64,000 nt of DNA from a virus: positions 28,766-92,765 of IMG/VR virus record IMGVR_UViG_3300047564_003078; one strand, written 5' to 3'. This document shows positions 20,130 to 29,669 of this stretch, piece by piece. Position 1 is the first letter of the stretch. Each line of letters starts with the position of its first letter. The position numbers were made by a program, and so were the translations under genes. Below the pieces are notes generated by a model. It searched no databases. It was not told the DNA's origin and worked only from the letters and a program-made list of their open reading frames with translations.

Positions 20130-20891
20130 TCAGCCTACAAATAGACGCTGCCAAAAGGTCTGTGTTTGAACAGTACGCACCACGGGCAATCTACGCACAC
20201 CTAATGCTCGGCTAGGATCATAGAGATCAATTCTAACCGAGTTCTTTTGATTGCCGCCCAATATTTGCCAATACACCTTGCCATCTACAGTTACAGTGTC
20301 CACATAGAATCCTACATGACCTTGCCAGCTTTGTCTACCACGTGGAAACACCACTATGTCACCGGGCTGTGGATCCTCATGTTTATGATTCACAGGCTCG
20401 CCCCATTCTAAGAAACTTCTAGCCATCAACGGATATTCACTTACACTCTCTGATCCTGCATGATCGCCGCTGTGCAACACCGAGTTAACAAAAGCTGCAC
20501 ACCACTCCGTCTGTCTTGGATCCACACCCAAAAAGTCTCGCAGTTCTGATCTGTGCTGTTGTTCGTTCTTGTCCACCCACTCGTAGGCCACATCAAGATA
20601 AAAAGTTTCTCTTATCTTAGGTGCAAACAAAGCTTGAAACAAAGGATCGTTGCGTCGCGGCGGTTCGGGCTCAGGCGGCACCGACACATTTGATATCACA
20701 GCATCAGGTCTACTGCGTGGTCGTGGACTGGTTTCCACCACTGTGACCACGGGCACCGACTCCGGTGTTGCTGGTTCTGTAACAGCATATACCACACCGC
20801 TGGCACGTTCTTCTATGTCTTGTGAAACAACTTGCAATTGACTGCAAGCCCCTAATATGCTGACAGCAGCTACGATTGTTGGTATTCTCAT
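20130..20891 (-). CDS. lipoprotein with TIGR02594/NlpC-P60-like peptidase domain
   Basis: ILGAC lipobox, Pro-rich linker, WCAAFV, GHVGFY and LGGNQ motifs. Confidence 0.75.
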   Translation of the reverse strand: MRIPTIVAAVSILGACSQLQVVSQDIEERASGVVYAVTEPATPESVPVVTVVETSPRPRSRPDAVISNVSVPPEPEPPRRNDPLFQALFAPKIRETFYLDVAYEWVDKNEQQHRSELRDFLGVDPRQTEWCAAFVNSVLHSGDHAGSESVSEYPLMARSFLEWGEPVNHKHEDPQPGDIVVFPRGRQSWQGHVGFYVDTVTVDGKVYWQILGGNQKNSVRIDLYDPSRALGVRRLPVVRTVQTQTFWQRLFVG

Positions 20892-20960
20892 ACTTGGCCC
20901 TCCTAGTACTTATACACACCAACAGAGATACTGCGTGTGGTAAGCAGGATCTTGCTGACT

Positions 20961-21662
20961 CTACTGTAGAAAATGTTCTATGCTGTGGGCTAAACTGCTG
21001 AAGTTGGCTGCTAACCAAGCATGTCCTGCAGGTCCAGGATGAGCACCATCTCTGGCACCTCGGTCAAAGAACACACCGTTCAACCGTGGATCGTCTATGC
21101 TGATCATCTGAACCTCAAACCCGTAGCGTTGGCTGAGACCGTATAGTGCATAGCGTGTGGTACGTACCATAGCACTCAACACACCTGGATGCATGGCAGT
21201 GCGAGTCCAATAACGCCGTATCACCGAAGGATCCGTCAACGGAACATTGGGACGACTGTGAACACTGAATGTGTCCGCTCGTGCATCCTCATAATGACCC
21301 AAATAACGTCTGCCTGGTGTAGGCTCCAAATAGTACAGCACACTGATACGGTGGTTGCACTTTCGCAACAGCGTTTCCAAATAGTGTATGCAGGCTTCTT
21401 GTCCAGTACCACCTTCGCTGATGTTCATGGTTATGCCCATAACACTGCTCCAGGTTTGCTCCTCGCGAACTCCTACACCATAGGTACAACTGCAACCTAA
21501 ACTGGCAGTGGTTGGCTCCGACACTGGCCAATCCAGTCCTCTAAATCCATAACGATTGTGACGATATTCTATGTCCACACCACGCCAGGCAGGATTGCCA
21601 AATCCTCTATCTCCTGCACATAACGGACCTACTGTATAAGGCTTTACATGTGTTAATTGCAT
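20961..21662 (-). CDS. SGNH/GDSL hydrolase-like protein
   Basis: LGCSCTYG and DGAHPG; ATG 21662 follows a minus-strand TAAATA. Confidence 0.55.
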   Translation of the reverse strand: MQLTHVKPYTVGPLCAGDRGFGNPAWRGVDIEYRHNRYGFRGLDWPVSEPTTASLGCSCTYGVGVREEQTWSSVMGITMNISEGGTGQEACIHYLETLLRKCNHRISVLYYLEPTPGRRYLGHYEDARADTFSVHSRPNVPLTDPSVIRRYWTRTAMHPGVLSAMVRTTRYALYGLSQRYGFEVQMISIDDPRLNGVFFDRGARDGAHPGPAGHAWLAANFSSLAHSIEHFLQ

Positions 21663-21788
21663 ACAGATATTTACCAAGAGCCCTAAGCCGCTCGCGGAAA
21701 AGCCCCACGCTGCGAAGCAGCTCGCGGTAGCAAAAAATAACAATTCAGTACCAGCGTACTAGAACCGTATATAAAAACAATTCTACAT

Positions 21789-21840
21789 TGACCACGTCGC
21801 TAGCACCCTAACGACACGTCGATAACCGCCTAGCGACACG
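21789..21840 (-). repeat. left boundary array of 22-bp repeat (2 full + 1 partial unit)
   Basis: Minus strand reads CGTGTCGC / TAGGCGGTTATCGACGTGTCGT / TAGGGTGCTAGCGACGTGGTCA, an inverted copy of 31215-31266. Confidence 0.85.
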
Positions 21841-22395
21841 GTGTAGAAAAATACATCATTCTATTATGCGTACACCGTCTGTACTCAACAAAAACAGTGT
21901 CATATTTTTAGGACTGTGATGAGCTGCACACACTATTTCAAAATGTTCACTGGCTAACAGAGTAAACCCACGGTGAACCAATTCTACTCGTACCCATTGA
22001 ACTTTTCCAAACGGGTACAAAAACATGCTACGGCGGTCTAACTCAACATGCAGTCGCCAAGTGTACAACATAGAAATATTTACCGGAGCAACGCTCCAGT
22101 GCAGGCAGTTGATCACTGCCTTGCAGTTTCAGTTGAGAGGGGTATACTGCGTAAAAAAAATACTGCAAAAAAAATTTACACGGAGTACTTGAGCAAGGTG
22201 GGACCGAGATTTCATACACAGTGAGAAAAAACTTGTGCTGCGGTTTTTTATAAAGAAGTACTTATAGTTTCAGGGTGGTGATCGTGCAACCCCTGGTATT
22301 TAAAATCGCTACTACGCTGTGTAAGCTTTTGTAAATAAAGAATTATATGCGACCCCCCGAAGAGAAAAAATATTTTTCTTTGCCGACCTCAAGAG

Positions 22396-22424
22396 AAAAT
22401 CCGCAGGTTGTCAAACACTGCGGA
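22396..22424 (-). terminator. intrinsic terminator closing the minus-strand cassette array
   Basis: TCCGCAG..CTGCGGA stem followed by TTTT on the minus strand, just after ORF 22466. Confidence 0.6.
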
Positions 22425-22465
22425 AGTTCTGTATACATCAACGAAGGAGACAGCCGTTGTGATCG

Positions 22466-22840
22466 TTAGTCTGCTCTGCTGCCAGCGTAGGCAGTGTAAC
22501 CATACTTGGTGAGCACACGAGCAGCAGCACGAGCACCTGCTTCCTTAGCGTCCATGCTCTGCCCGGGCCACTGTGCAGGGTTCCACAGTTCGTAAGCCCG
22601 ACCAGTGTAGTCAGGACGCAGTCCAATCTCCTTAAGCGTTTGACGCTCCAGCTTACCCAGCTTAGTGTTGCCCTTGTGCTTGGGATATACAGTGACCCAA
22701 GCAAAGCCGCAGTACATGGGTTCGCCATAAGCATTGCCGCCAGTGCTGGCTTTCCACTCTGCGATGTAGTCGTGTGCAGCAGCAGCAGCCGCAGTCAAGG
22801 TCTCGTCACGTACTTGGATGGTGTCCATGGTAAAGGTCAT
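22466..22840 (-). CDS. early hypothetical protein
   Basis: Has its own promoter/leader repeat and RBS; CGFAWV motif. Confidence 0.7.
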   Translation of the reverse strand: MTFTMDTIQVRDETLTAAAAAAHDYIAEWKASTGGNAYGEPMYCGFAWVTVYPKHKGNTKLGKLERQTLKEIGLRPDYTGRAYELWNPAQWPGQSMDAKEAGARAAARVLTKYGYTAYAGSRAD

Positions 22841-22894
22841 CTTGTGTTCCTTTGTGTTGCCTACAGTGTTTATATAGTACGCTGCGGTGGAAGG

Positions 22895-23122
22895 TCAAGC
22901 CACTGTGGCGAAGTTTTCTTGCCGCAGAGGCAGATAGTTCTTTGCCACAGCATAGCGGATCAATTGACGATCCAGTTCAGTGAGTGTGGTCACACGGTTA
23001 GGAGTCTCCAGTTCAAATGCCAGTTGGCTTGCGGCATTGGCGATGCGATCGTTGAGATCACGTTCAGCAGTGCAGCGGAGACGATACATGATCTGTTGGA
23101 CTTGAGCGGCAGTGAGTTTCAT
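22895..23122 (-). CDS. early hypothetical protein
   Basis: 75 aa; ATGA-coupled with GAGG RBS. Confidence 0.6.
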   Translation of the reverse strand: MKLTAAQVQQIMYRLRCTAERDLNDRIANAASQLAFELETPNRVTTLTELDRQLIRYAVAKNYLPLRQENFATVA

Positions 23123-23250
23123 TTCTCTTCCTCATATACTAGGACAGGGTCGTGTGCATTGCGTGGTGCAGTGGTCATTGCGATAGCGTCTTCTAGACGT
23201 GTGACCACAGCTACGATTTCGCGGGTAAGATAGTCGCGGATGATATACAT
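23119..23250 (-). CDS. early hypothetical protein (43 aa)
   Basis: MYIIRDYLTRE...; tightly packed in operon. Confidence 0.5.
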   Translation of the reverse strand: MYIIRDYLTREIVAVVTRLEDAIAMTTAPRNAHDPVLVYEEEK

Positions 23251-23251
23251 G

Positions 23252-23443
23252 TTAGTCTCGCTTGATTCGAACAGTGCTCTTGCCAAAGAACGCAACCAGC
23301 ACAACCATTGCCAGCCAGTTCCAGAAGCTGTAGGCAATGCCCATAGCGAACAGAGTGTTCAGTGCCCAAATCGCAGCCAAGGGCCAAAGGAAGACCCAAA
23401 GGATGATGGTGAGCACAAGGGTAGTTCCAAACCAGGTCTTCAT
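23252..23443 (-). CDS. small membrane protein
   Basis: Two hydrophobic segments; AGGAG RBS. Confidence 0.6.
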   Translation of the reverse strand: MKTWFGTTLVLTIILWVFLWPLAAIWALNTLFAMGIAYSFWNWLAMVVLVAFFGKSTVRIKRD

Positions 23444-23456
23444 CTCAGTTCTCCTA

Positions 23457-23702
23457 TCAAAATTCGTCGATCAGTGCGAAGTCGTCATCGCCCTCGTAGT
23501 GGTCTTGGTAGTCATCTGCACTGTAGGTATAGATTGTGCTGTATTCGCCGTTGCTGAGGTGAACCGCAACATCAATGGTGTTGTATCCGCCAAAGCCGTC
23601 TTCAACATAATCATCTGCCCAACGCAGGGCTTCACTGCGAGTGTCAGCTTCATGCAGCAGGCATTCGGTGGTGTAGCCATAGTCGCCATAGATCTTGTAC
23701 AT
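23457..23702 (-). CDS. early acidic hypothetical protein
   Basis: Has its own promoter repeat; AGGAG RBS. Confidence 0.65.
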   Translation of the reverse strand: MYKIYGDYGYTTECLLHEADTRSEALRWADDYVEDGFGGYNTIDVAVHLSNGEYSTIYTYSADDYQDHYEGDDDFALIDEF

Positions 23703-23786
23703 CGTCGTCTCCTGTGTTGCCTACAGTCTACATATAGTGTTCTGGTTTCGGTTTGTCAACCTCTAACAGCGGGGTTCTGTGATTTT

Positions 23787-23957
23787 TTATTCCAGAGCCT
23801 CAGTGCAGTCGCAGTCCATCATATACTCGCTCATGATGCTGTCGTATGCAACATCACGCTTGGCCTGCCATTGTCCCACAGTCTCAGGACTGAACACGTA
23901 CACCAGCACGATGAGCCATGCAGTGGCGAAGAACAGGTTCGTTGGGTAGTTTTGCAT
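23787..23957 (-). CDS. small membrane-anchored protein (56 aa)
   Basis: MQNYPTNLFFATAWLIVLV...; GGAG RBS. Confidence 0.5.
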   Translation of the reverse strand: MQNYPTNLFFATAWLIVLVYVFSPETVGQWQAKRDVAYDSIMSEYMMDCDCTEALE

Positions 23958-23958
23958 C

Positions 23959-24234
23959 TTATTTCTCCTCTTTCACGCCCATTGCACGGGCAGCGGCTAC
24001 ACCTGCTTCAGTGAGGTACAGCACACGGTTACGGGTCTCAGTTTCGACAAACAGGCAACCAGCGTCATCTCCGCGTCCTTGGTTCCAGCTTTGGAGACGT
24101 GCATCTGGGTTCTTCAGCAGTGCGGTGAGTGCCATCTTGCGAGCACGGTCGCCTTCGTTGTACTTGCCATTGCAGCCGCACATGCAGCCAGGCTTGCCAG
24201 CGTATGAACGGACGGTGTGTTCCAGTGCGAGCAT
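23959..24234 (-). CDS. early Cys-motif protein (GCMCGCNGKY)
   Basis: Start ATG 24234 follows promoter repeat and GAGGG. Confidence 0.65.
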   Translation of the reverse strand: MLALEHTVRSYAGKPGCMCGCNGKYNEGDRARKMALTALLKNPDARLQSWNQGRGDDAGCLFVETETRNRVLYLTEAGVAAARAMGVKEEK

Positions 24235-24292
24235 CGTGTATCCCTCTTCGTTGCTGCCTACATGTTTAATATAGTAACCGTTCAACGGTTTG

Positions 24293-24691
24293 TCAAGAGC
24301 CTTCAGCCACTTTTTCTAGGTCTGCCAAAAGATTTTTCAGAGCCGCGATACGCTCTTGGCTAGGAAAGAAGCGGCCTGAATAGCTGTAGCCCTCCTTGAG
24401 TTCCTGCTCCATAGCACGAGCGATTCGCACCTGCTCCTTGCGACGAGTCTCGCTCTCTTGGATCATACGCAGTTTGGCAGCCTGCATCAAGCTAGGACCA
24501 TAATCGTCCTTGTAAGCATCTCCCGTCTTGGTGAAACGATACTCCCGGTCATCGCTTTGGACGAAGATGTGTCCGTGTCCGTTGACCTTGGTCACAGTGC
24601 CAAAGCGGCTCATCAAGATCGTGCCGTGGCGATGTTGACGAACAATACCAACCGTTTCACCAACCTCAGTAACGAACTCACCGTATGCCAT
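24293..24691 (-). CDS. early hypothetical protein (SH3/KOW-like N-terminus)
   Basis: Has its own promoter repeat; GAGGAG RBS. Confidence 0.65.
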   Translation of the reverse strand: MAYGEFVTEVGETVGIVRQHRHGTILMSRFGTVTKVNGHGHIFVQSDDREYRFTKTGDAYKDDYGPSLMQAAKLRMIQESETRRKEQVRIARAMEQELKEGYSYSGRFFPSQERIAALKNLLADLEKVAEGS

Positions 24692-24777
24692 CTGCTTGTG
24701 CTCCTCTAGCAGTGTTGCCCTACATGTTTAATATAGTCATGGTGACCGCAAAGGTCAACCTCGAACTCAATCTTTTT

Positions 24778-24969
24778 TTAGATTCCGTCGTAGTCGGGCA
24801 GTGCCTGCAGGCGGGGGATTTCCTTTTGGATGATCTCCAACTCCTGTGCTTCGGGCACAGGCGGCATGGAGTAGGCCATAGCCAACCAGCCAATGGTGTA
24901 TTCTGTGCCACACTTCTGACGCAGGAGTTTGACGAAGTCTTGCTTGACGTAGAACGGTTTGGTTTCCAT
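24778..24969 (-). CDS. early hypothetical protein
   Basis: Has its own promoter repeat; AAGGAG RBS. Confidence 0.65.
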   Translation of the reverse strand: METKPFYVKQDFVKLLRQKCGTEYTIGWLAMAYSMPPVPEAQELEIIQKEIPRLQALPDYDGI

Positions 24970-25046
24970 CTTGTGCTCCTTGCTGCCTACACGTTTAATA
25001 TAGTAGGTGCGACCCTGGTTGTCAAGAGCCGCACCAGAATTTTTTT

Positions 25047-25331
25047 TTACATGCTCCAGTAGGTTTCGCTAGCGGGCGAGCAAGCCAGTGGCGTGTTCAC
25101 GCTCTCCTCGTACTCAACACCGCTCATCAAATTGACTCGCTTCACAGTCCGCTCAATGTGACGGAAGTAGTATTCTTTCTCTGCGATGCCGTAGCAGTAG
25201 ATTGGATGATTAGGATCTGTTTGCAATTGACCTTTGCCCATACGAGTCAGTTGGGCCTGAGCAGCGGCGTGCGTCTTGTACTCCTTGCTGACGATGCGAG
25301 TGTCGTGCCGATCGTAAAGAAAGTATCCCAT
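25047..25331 (-). CDS. early hypothetical protein (CSPASETYWSM C-terminus)
   Basis: Has its own promoter repeat; GAGGG RBS. Confidence 0.65.
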   Translation of the reverse strand: MGYFLYDRHDTRIVSKEYKTHAAAQAQLTRMGKGQLQTDPNHPIYCYGIAEKEYYFRHIERTVKRVNLMSGVEYEESVNTPLACSPASETYWSM

Positions 25332-25399
25332 CTTCGTTCCCTCTTGTGTGTAGCCCTACTCAGCATATATAGCACGCCAAGTAGGGCTCGTCAACCGGT

Positions 25400-25588
25400 T
25401 TATGCTGAGAAATTGTGTTCTCTGAACAGAACGTCTAGCACACTGTCAATGGTCTCTCTGTCTGTTGCCAGCAGTTGATAACCGTGTGCGAGCAGTGCAG
25501 CCTTGATGCTCCAGATCTGTTCATAGCGGTCGGCGTCTCGGTTGAGGTTGTTGGCTACGAACTTTGCTACTTGTTGATGGAATGTCAT
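25400..25588 (-). CDS. early hypothetical protein
   Basis: Has its own promoter repeat; GAGGG RBS. Confidence 0.6.
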   Translation of the reverse strand: MTFHQQVAKFVANNLNRDADRYEQIWSIKAALLAHGYQLLATDRETIDSVLDVLFREHNFSA

Positions 25589-25663
25589 TGTGTGTTCCCT
25601 CTGTTGTGTTGCCCTACATGTTTAATATAGTAGGTGGCAGATGGGTTGTCAAGAGGTAAGATG

Positions 25664-25775
25664 AAAAAAATGCCCTAGCAGGATGAGGGCGGTCCTGCTA
25701 GGGCTATGGGGAGCAGAGCGTGAGGGCTACGCTGTTCCCCTTCAGACCAGGACGAGGGCACATCCCAGCCTAACC
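25664..25775 (-). ncRNA. candidate three-hairpin small RNA with GCCCUC in every loop; last hairpin is an intrinsic terminator
   Basis: Hairpins UAGGCUGGGAU[GUGCCCUC]GUCCUGGUCUG, AGCGU[AGCCCUC]ACGCU and GCCCUAGCAGGA[CCGCCCUCA]UCCUGCUAGGGC followed by AUUUUUUU. Confidence 0.55.
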
Positions 25776-25785
25776 GGATACGGAG

Positions 25786-26784
25786 TTACACTCGACGCAT
25801 CACGGTGTTCTCAGCAAAGACTTCCCAACGATCAGGAAAGCTCACTGCCAAGTCTGCCACCTTTAGTACAGTCCGAAGACTGAGTTCACGTAGGCGGTTC
25901 TTGTTAATATCCACGAACTCAATGATATCTTCTTTGACTTCGTCACCGAGGTTGTATGCATCCAACATGCCATCACGGATCACTTGACGGATACGCAGCA
26001 TCTTCTCACGCTCAGTGTCAATGGTCAGGTCCATGTAGTGGCAGCGGCTTTCCAGAGCTTCTAGGTGCTCACGCAGCTTGCCTTTGACCTTTCCAAACTT
26101 GAGGTTGGTGATAAAGATAGCACTTGCCTTGAAAGTGAAGCAATCTGGAATGCCTTCTTGCCGCAGCTTGTGGCTATCCGTGTTCCAGTGGATCTTGCGG
26201 TTCTTCTTTGAGTCCAGAGCTGCCTTAAGAATGTTCAGCGACAGTTCGTCCGAGAAGATGCTGTCACAGTCGTCGAACACGATCACATTGCCTTCGTCTG
26301 CCATCTTGTACAGTTTGGCATAGAGACCCAACGCACTCATGGCACCTTTGACCACTTCGTGTGTCTTGCGACCGCCCATGTCTTCCATCATCTTGTAACG
26401 ATCAAGGACTTCTTCTACACCGTGACTCTTGCCAACACCAGGAGGACCTGATACGATCATTGCTCGCACATCGCCCTTCTTCACAGCTTTGGTCATGTCG
26501 GTGAGCATATTGAAACGATCACGCAGTCTAGCGATGATGTCTTCGTCCGACTCCTCTTGACCCGCGGCGGTTATGGAGCCTTCAGTTTCAACAACCGAGT
26601 CTGCACCTGCTACCATCACCTTGATATTGCGGTCTGGAAACCCAGGGACAGCCGCACCATCAACTGTCACATAACCGCCGCGAACGCCAACCTTGTATCC
26701 TTCTGCAACAGGCAAGGTCATGCCTGCTACGCTAACCATCTTGCCACGCAGTTTGAATTCGCCGTCTTGGAATTTCATGTTCAT
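25786..26784 (-). CDS. AAA+/P-loop ATPase
   Basis: Walker A GPPGVGKS, Walker B IVFDDCD, sensor FITN, arginine finger LESR. Confidence 0.8.
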   Translation of the reverse strand: MNMKFQDGEFKLRGKMVSVAGMTLPVAEGYKVGVRGGYVTVDGAAVPGFPDRNIKVMVAGADSVVETEGSITAAGQEESDEDIIARLRDRFNMLTDMTKAVKKGDVRAMIVSGPPGVGKSHGVEEVLDRYKMMEDMGGRKTHEVVKGAMSALGLYAKLYKMADEGNVIVFDDCDSIFSDELSLNILKAALDSKKNRKIHWNTDSHKLRQEGIPDCFTFKASAIFITNLKFGKVKGKLREHLEALESRCHYMDLTIDTEREKMLRIRQVIRDGMLDAYNLGDEVKEDIIEFVDINKNRLRELSLRTVLKVADLAVSFPDRWEVFAENTVMRRV

Positions 26785-26840
26785 GTGTTTTGCCCTCGTT
26801 GTATCTGTTCAGTATACATGTTCTTGCAGTGTTGTCAACC

Positions 26841-27005
26841 TCAAAGACTGTTCATATATAGCAGCCAGCCTAGGAGACCAAACACCGCAAACAGCACCAC
26901 CGGACGTGTCATGATCTTGAAAATCAAACCAACCACACCCAAGATGATCAAGGCACTCAGTGCCAAGACCACTACAGAGAACGAATCCATCATCGCAGGA
27001 TCCAT
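26841..27005 (-). CDS. small membrane protein (54 aa, 2 TM)
   Basis: Coupled to the stop of 27005-27406; hydrophobic. Confidence 0.5.
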   Translation of the reverse strand: MDPAMMDSFSVVVLALSALIILGVVGLIFKIMTRPVVLFAVFGLLGWLLYMNSL

Positions 27006-27406
27006 CATACCATCGACTCCATCTCTGAGATCACAGTCTGGATCTGCTGATCAAATAGGCCTTTGTAGGGCAGTCCGAAGTGCCAAGCCACATAGTCCGA
27101 ACCATAAGCCAGGTCGTTCTCAGTGAATGCTTCAGCTTCGAGGATCCAACGGATGGCAGTCAGCTCGTCCTTAGCACCAATCAGCATGTAGCCTTGGACA
27201 CGCTGGTGGAACGCAATCTCTGCACGAGCATAGGCGTCCTTCTGCCGTGCTGTCTCAGTGGCCAGTTCCTCCAGCAGGTTGTCCCACATGGATTGACGAG
27301 TGTCGTCGCCGCACTGGCTCCACTCTTCCCAGAAGTACTCGGTCGGACGATAGCCGCGAGCGTCCTTGTGGAGGTCGGAAACGATCTGCTCATCGAAAGT
27401 ATACAT
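27005..27406 (-). CDS. early hypothetical protein (SDLHKDARGYRP motif)
   Basis: Has its own promoter repeat; GAGGG RBS. Confidence 0.7.
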   Translation of the reverse strand: MYTFDEQIVSDLHKDARGYRPTEYFWEEWSQCGDDTRQSMWDNLLEELATETARQKDAYARAEIAFHQRVQGYMLIGAKDELTAIRWILEAEAFTENDLAYGSDYVAWHFGLPYKGLFDQQIQTVISEMESMV

Positions 27407-27501
27407 CTTGTGTCCCTCAGTTCTGTTTGCCCTACACGTTTAATATAGTAGCCTCACAACCGTTTGTCAAGAGGTAGAAGAAGATTTTTTTAAACTTCTT
27501 T

Positions 27502-27578
<77 letters not shown>

Positions 27579-27591
27579 AGCAAAAGAAGTT

Positions 27592-27668
27592 TGGTAGGAC
27601 CTGCAGGACTCGAACCTGCAACCGACCCGTTATGAGCGGGGGGCTCTAACCAATTGAGCTAAGGTCCC
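27592..27668 (-). tRNA. tRNA-CAU, probably Ile2 (lysidine, reads AUA); Met not excluded
   Basis: Anticodon loop CTCATAA, GGGACCT acceptor stem, encoded CCA. Confidence 0.9.
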
Positions 27669-27674
27669 AAACTT

Positions 27675-27757
27675 TGGTACGGGCACCCGGACTCGAACCG
27701 GGATGCATTAAGCGAGAGATTTTAAGTCTCTTGTGGCTACCATTTCACCATGCCCGC
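27675..27757 (-). tRNA. tRNA-Leu(UAA)
   Basis: Anticodon loop CTTAAAA, extended variable arm, encoded CCA. Confidence 0.93.
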
Positions 27758-27767
27758 ATAGATTTAT

Positions 27768-27956
27768 TTATACTGGTACATTCTCGAACATATCGTTAAT
27801 TCGACATTGACGTTCCGTCTCTTCATCGATTTGACGAACTTCTGTTTCCAGCCGAACAATGTATTGATCCAGTGCTTGGCGAATCTTAGCTGTCGGAAGT
27901 TCGGCAATATCGCCTAGCTTGCTGATGACTGCGATCAGTGTCATGTAATCGTTCAT
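27768..27956 (-). CDS. early hypothetical protein (leads tRNA operon)
   Basis: Has its own promoter repeat; GAGGG RBS. Confidence 0.6.
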   Translation of the reverse strand: MNDYMTLIAVISKLGDIAELPTAKIRQALDQYIVRLETEVRQIDEETERQCRINDMFENVPV

Positions 27957-28185
27957 TGTGTCCCTCTTTGCTGTCTACATGTTTAATATAGTGGCCGTCT
28001 TCGGGTTTGTCAAGACCTAAAAAGTCTTTTTTTAGAATTTCCAGCTGCTCCAGTGCATCCGGATACCGCTCCAGCAGACTGTCCATCAGCAGGTCTCCAT
28101 CACATAGCCGTCCTCTTCTGCTTGCCGCAGCAGGTGTTCAATATAGTCCAGATAATCTTGGATAGTCAAGTCCATGTCGTTCTCC

Positions 28186-28470
28186 TTATGCCGGAATCTT
28201 TTTGATGTTGAGGTCTTGTGCTTCGTAGTCTGCATCGATAGTGCCGCTGACGAAGTAACGACGACGAGTGCCGTCGTGCTCAAAGCCCATCTCGTGAGTA
28301 TAGTTCTCCTTGGGCAGGTAAGCAAAGCCGCGATAGTTATCAGTCTCCATCAACACGGCTTCGATCACCGCAGCAACCGCCTCACGCTCTTCAGCGGTGG
28401 TGTGCTTGGCAGCAAGAAAGTTATTCGCAATCCGCAGTACCTTGCCAACTTCAATCGTCTTACGTGCCAT
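28186..28470 (-). CDS. early hypothetical protein (NYRGFAYL motif)
   Basis: Has its own promoter repeat; AGGAGG RBS. Confidence 0.7.
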   Translation of the reverse strand: MARKTIEVGKVLRIANNFLAAKHTTAEEREAVAAVIEAVLMETDNYRGFAYLPKENYTHEMGFEHDGTRRRYFVSGTIDADYEAQDLNIKKIPA

Positions 28471-28551
28471 CTGCGTGCCTCCTGGCGTTGCTGTCTACAG
28501 TTTACATATAGTGGCCGCAACCCGCTTTGTCAAGAGGGCTGCGACATTTTT

Positions 28552-28959
28552 TTATGCTTCTTCTGTTTCCAATGCACGAGCAAGGTCGTAGATGCCGTTG
28601 TAGGTGCTCACCTGCCAGCCAGCACCAGGAGTGAACAGGTAGTCATACTCCTGCCCGTTCTCAGCAACGAACTGACGCCAGTTGTGTGCAGTGCGAGCAT
28701 CAACATCACGCTCGCCACGATCGCGAGCATAGGAATTGGTTTCGCCCGCAGGAGCATTGTCAAAGTCGTGAGCAGTGCCAATCTCAGCACCAAGCGAACT
28801 GATATCGCCAAGACCGATCAACTCACGCACCTTAGCTTCGTCCGTATAGTTCTCAGCAAGGATTCGGCCGTTGTGGCTCAAGTAGCCGTCCCAGTGGCAG
28901 TAGATGCCCGTAACCGAACCGTCTTCATTCTGGATCCCAATAGTTGAACGAGTTCCCAT
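28552..28959 (-). CDS. early hypothetical protein (MGTRS..IYCHWDGY type)
   Basis: Has its own promoter repeat; GAGGAGG RBS. Confidence 0.75.
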   Translation of the reverse strand: MGTRSTIGIQNEDGSVTGIYCHWDGYLSHNGRILAENYTDEAKVRELIGLGDISSLGAEIGTAHDFDNAPAGETNSYARDRGERDVDARTAHNWRQFVAENGQEYDYLFTPGAGWQVSTYNGIYDLARALETEEA

Positions 28960-29032
28960 AGTAGCCTCCTCAGGCGTTGTGTTGCTGTCTACAGTTTACA
29001 TATAGTCACGGGCGACCCAAAGGTCAAGTGGT

Positions 29033-29398
29033 TCAGGCAAATTCTTTTGCACCTGTGATCACATAATCCTGCCGCCAGCTGCCGATGCGGATATCCGTGT
29101 AGTGGCTGCGGTGGAAGTAGTCCGTCATTGAGTCGTCGTGGTTGAAGTAGTCCGGGCCCTTCATAGCAGCCAGCAACTCAGTGAGGAAGCGACGAGCGAC
29201 ACCAGTGTAATGCTCGTGGATCCAATACTCGTTGACATCAATGTTGGTGCCGCCAAAGTCAATGGGTCCGCTCTTGATCTTCACAACCAGAGTGCTGTGA
29301 TGACCAACGCTGATGGTGCCCTTCATCTTGTACTTGGCGAGCACGGCACGGATCCCCGGTGCCAGCTTGGACTTGTCTTCCTGCGAAACATATGCCAT
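29033..29398 (-). CDS. early hypothetical protein (DDSMTDYF motif, LPD29-like)
   Basis: Has its own promoter repeat; AGGAG RBS. Confidence 0.7.
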   Translation of the reverse strand: MAYVSQEDKSKLAPGIRAVLAKYKMKGTISVGHHSTLVVKIKSGPIDFGGTNIDVNEYWIHEHYTGVARRFLTELLAAMKGPDYFNHDDSMTDYFHRSHYTDIRIGSWRQDYVITGAKEFA

Positions 29399-29477
29399 GT
29401 CGTGTGCTCCTGTGTTGCCTACATGTTTAATATAGTTGCCCCACCTGGTGTTGTCAAGAGGGGCAACGACATTTTTT

Positions 29478-29657
29478 TTATTCTAGCACGGTGCTCCAAG
29501 GTTGAGCGTTCTGCCACTCTTCGTAGTTCAGCAGGTGCAGCAGAGTGAGGTGTGTGCCAGCAGTGATGGTCTTACCACTGTCACGATGACGAGCACGCCA
29601 GTTGTTCGAACGATAGATGTTCCAGCCACGCTCTGCGAGTTCTTGCGAGTTCAGCAT
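29478..29657 (-). CDS. small hypothetical protein (59 aa)
   Basis: GAGGGC RBS; MLNSQELAERGW...; not in ORF track. Confidence 0.5.
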   Translation of the reverse strand: MLNSQELAERGWNIYRSNNWRARHRDSGKTITAGTHLTLLHLLNYEEWQNAQPWSTVLE

Positions 29658-29669
29658 TGCCCTGCCCTC

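Noticed and set aside
21856-22116. 86-aa minus-strand ORF inside the left boundary
   Set aside because: No RBS or cassette promoter, it lies downstream of the array terminator, and it has no recognisable motif; probably non-coding.
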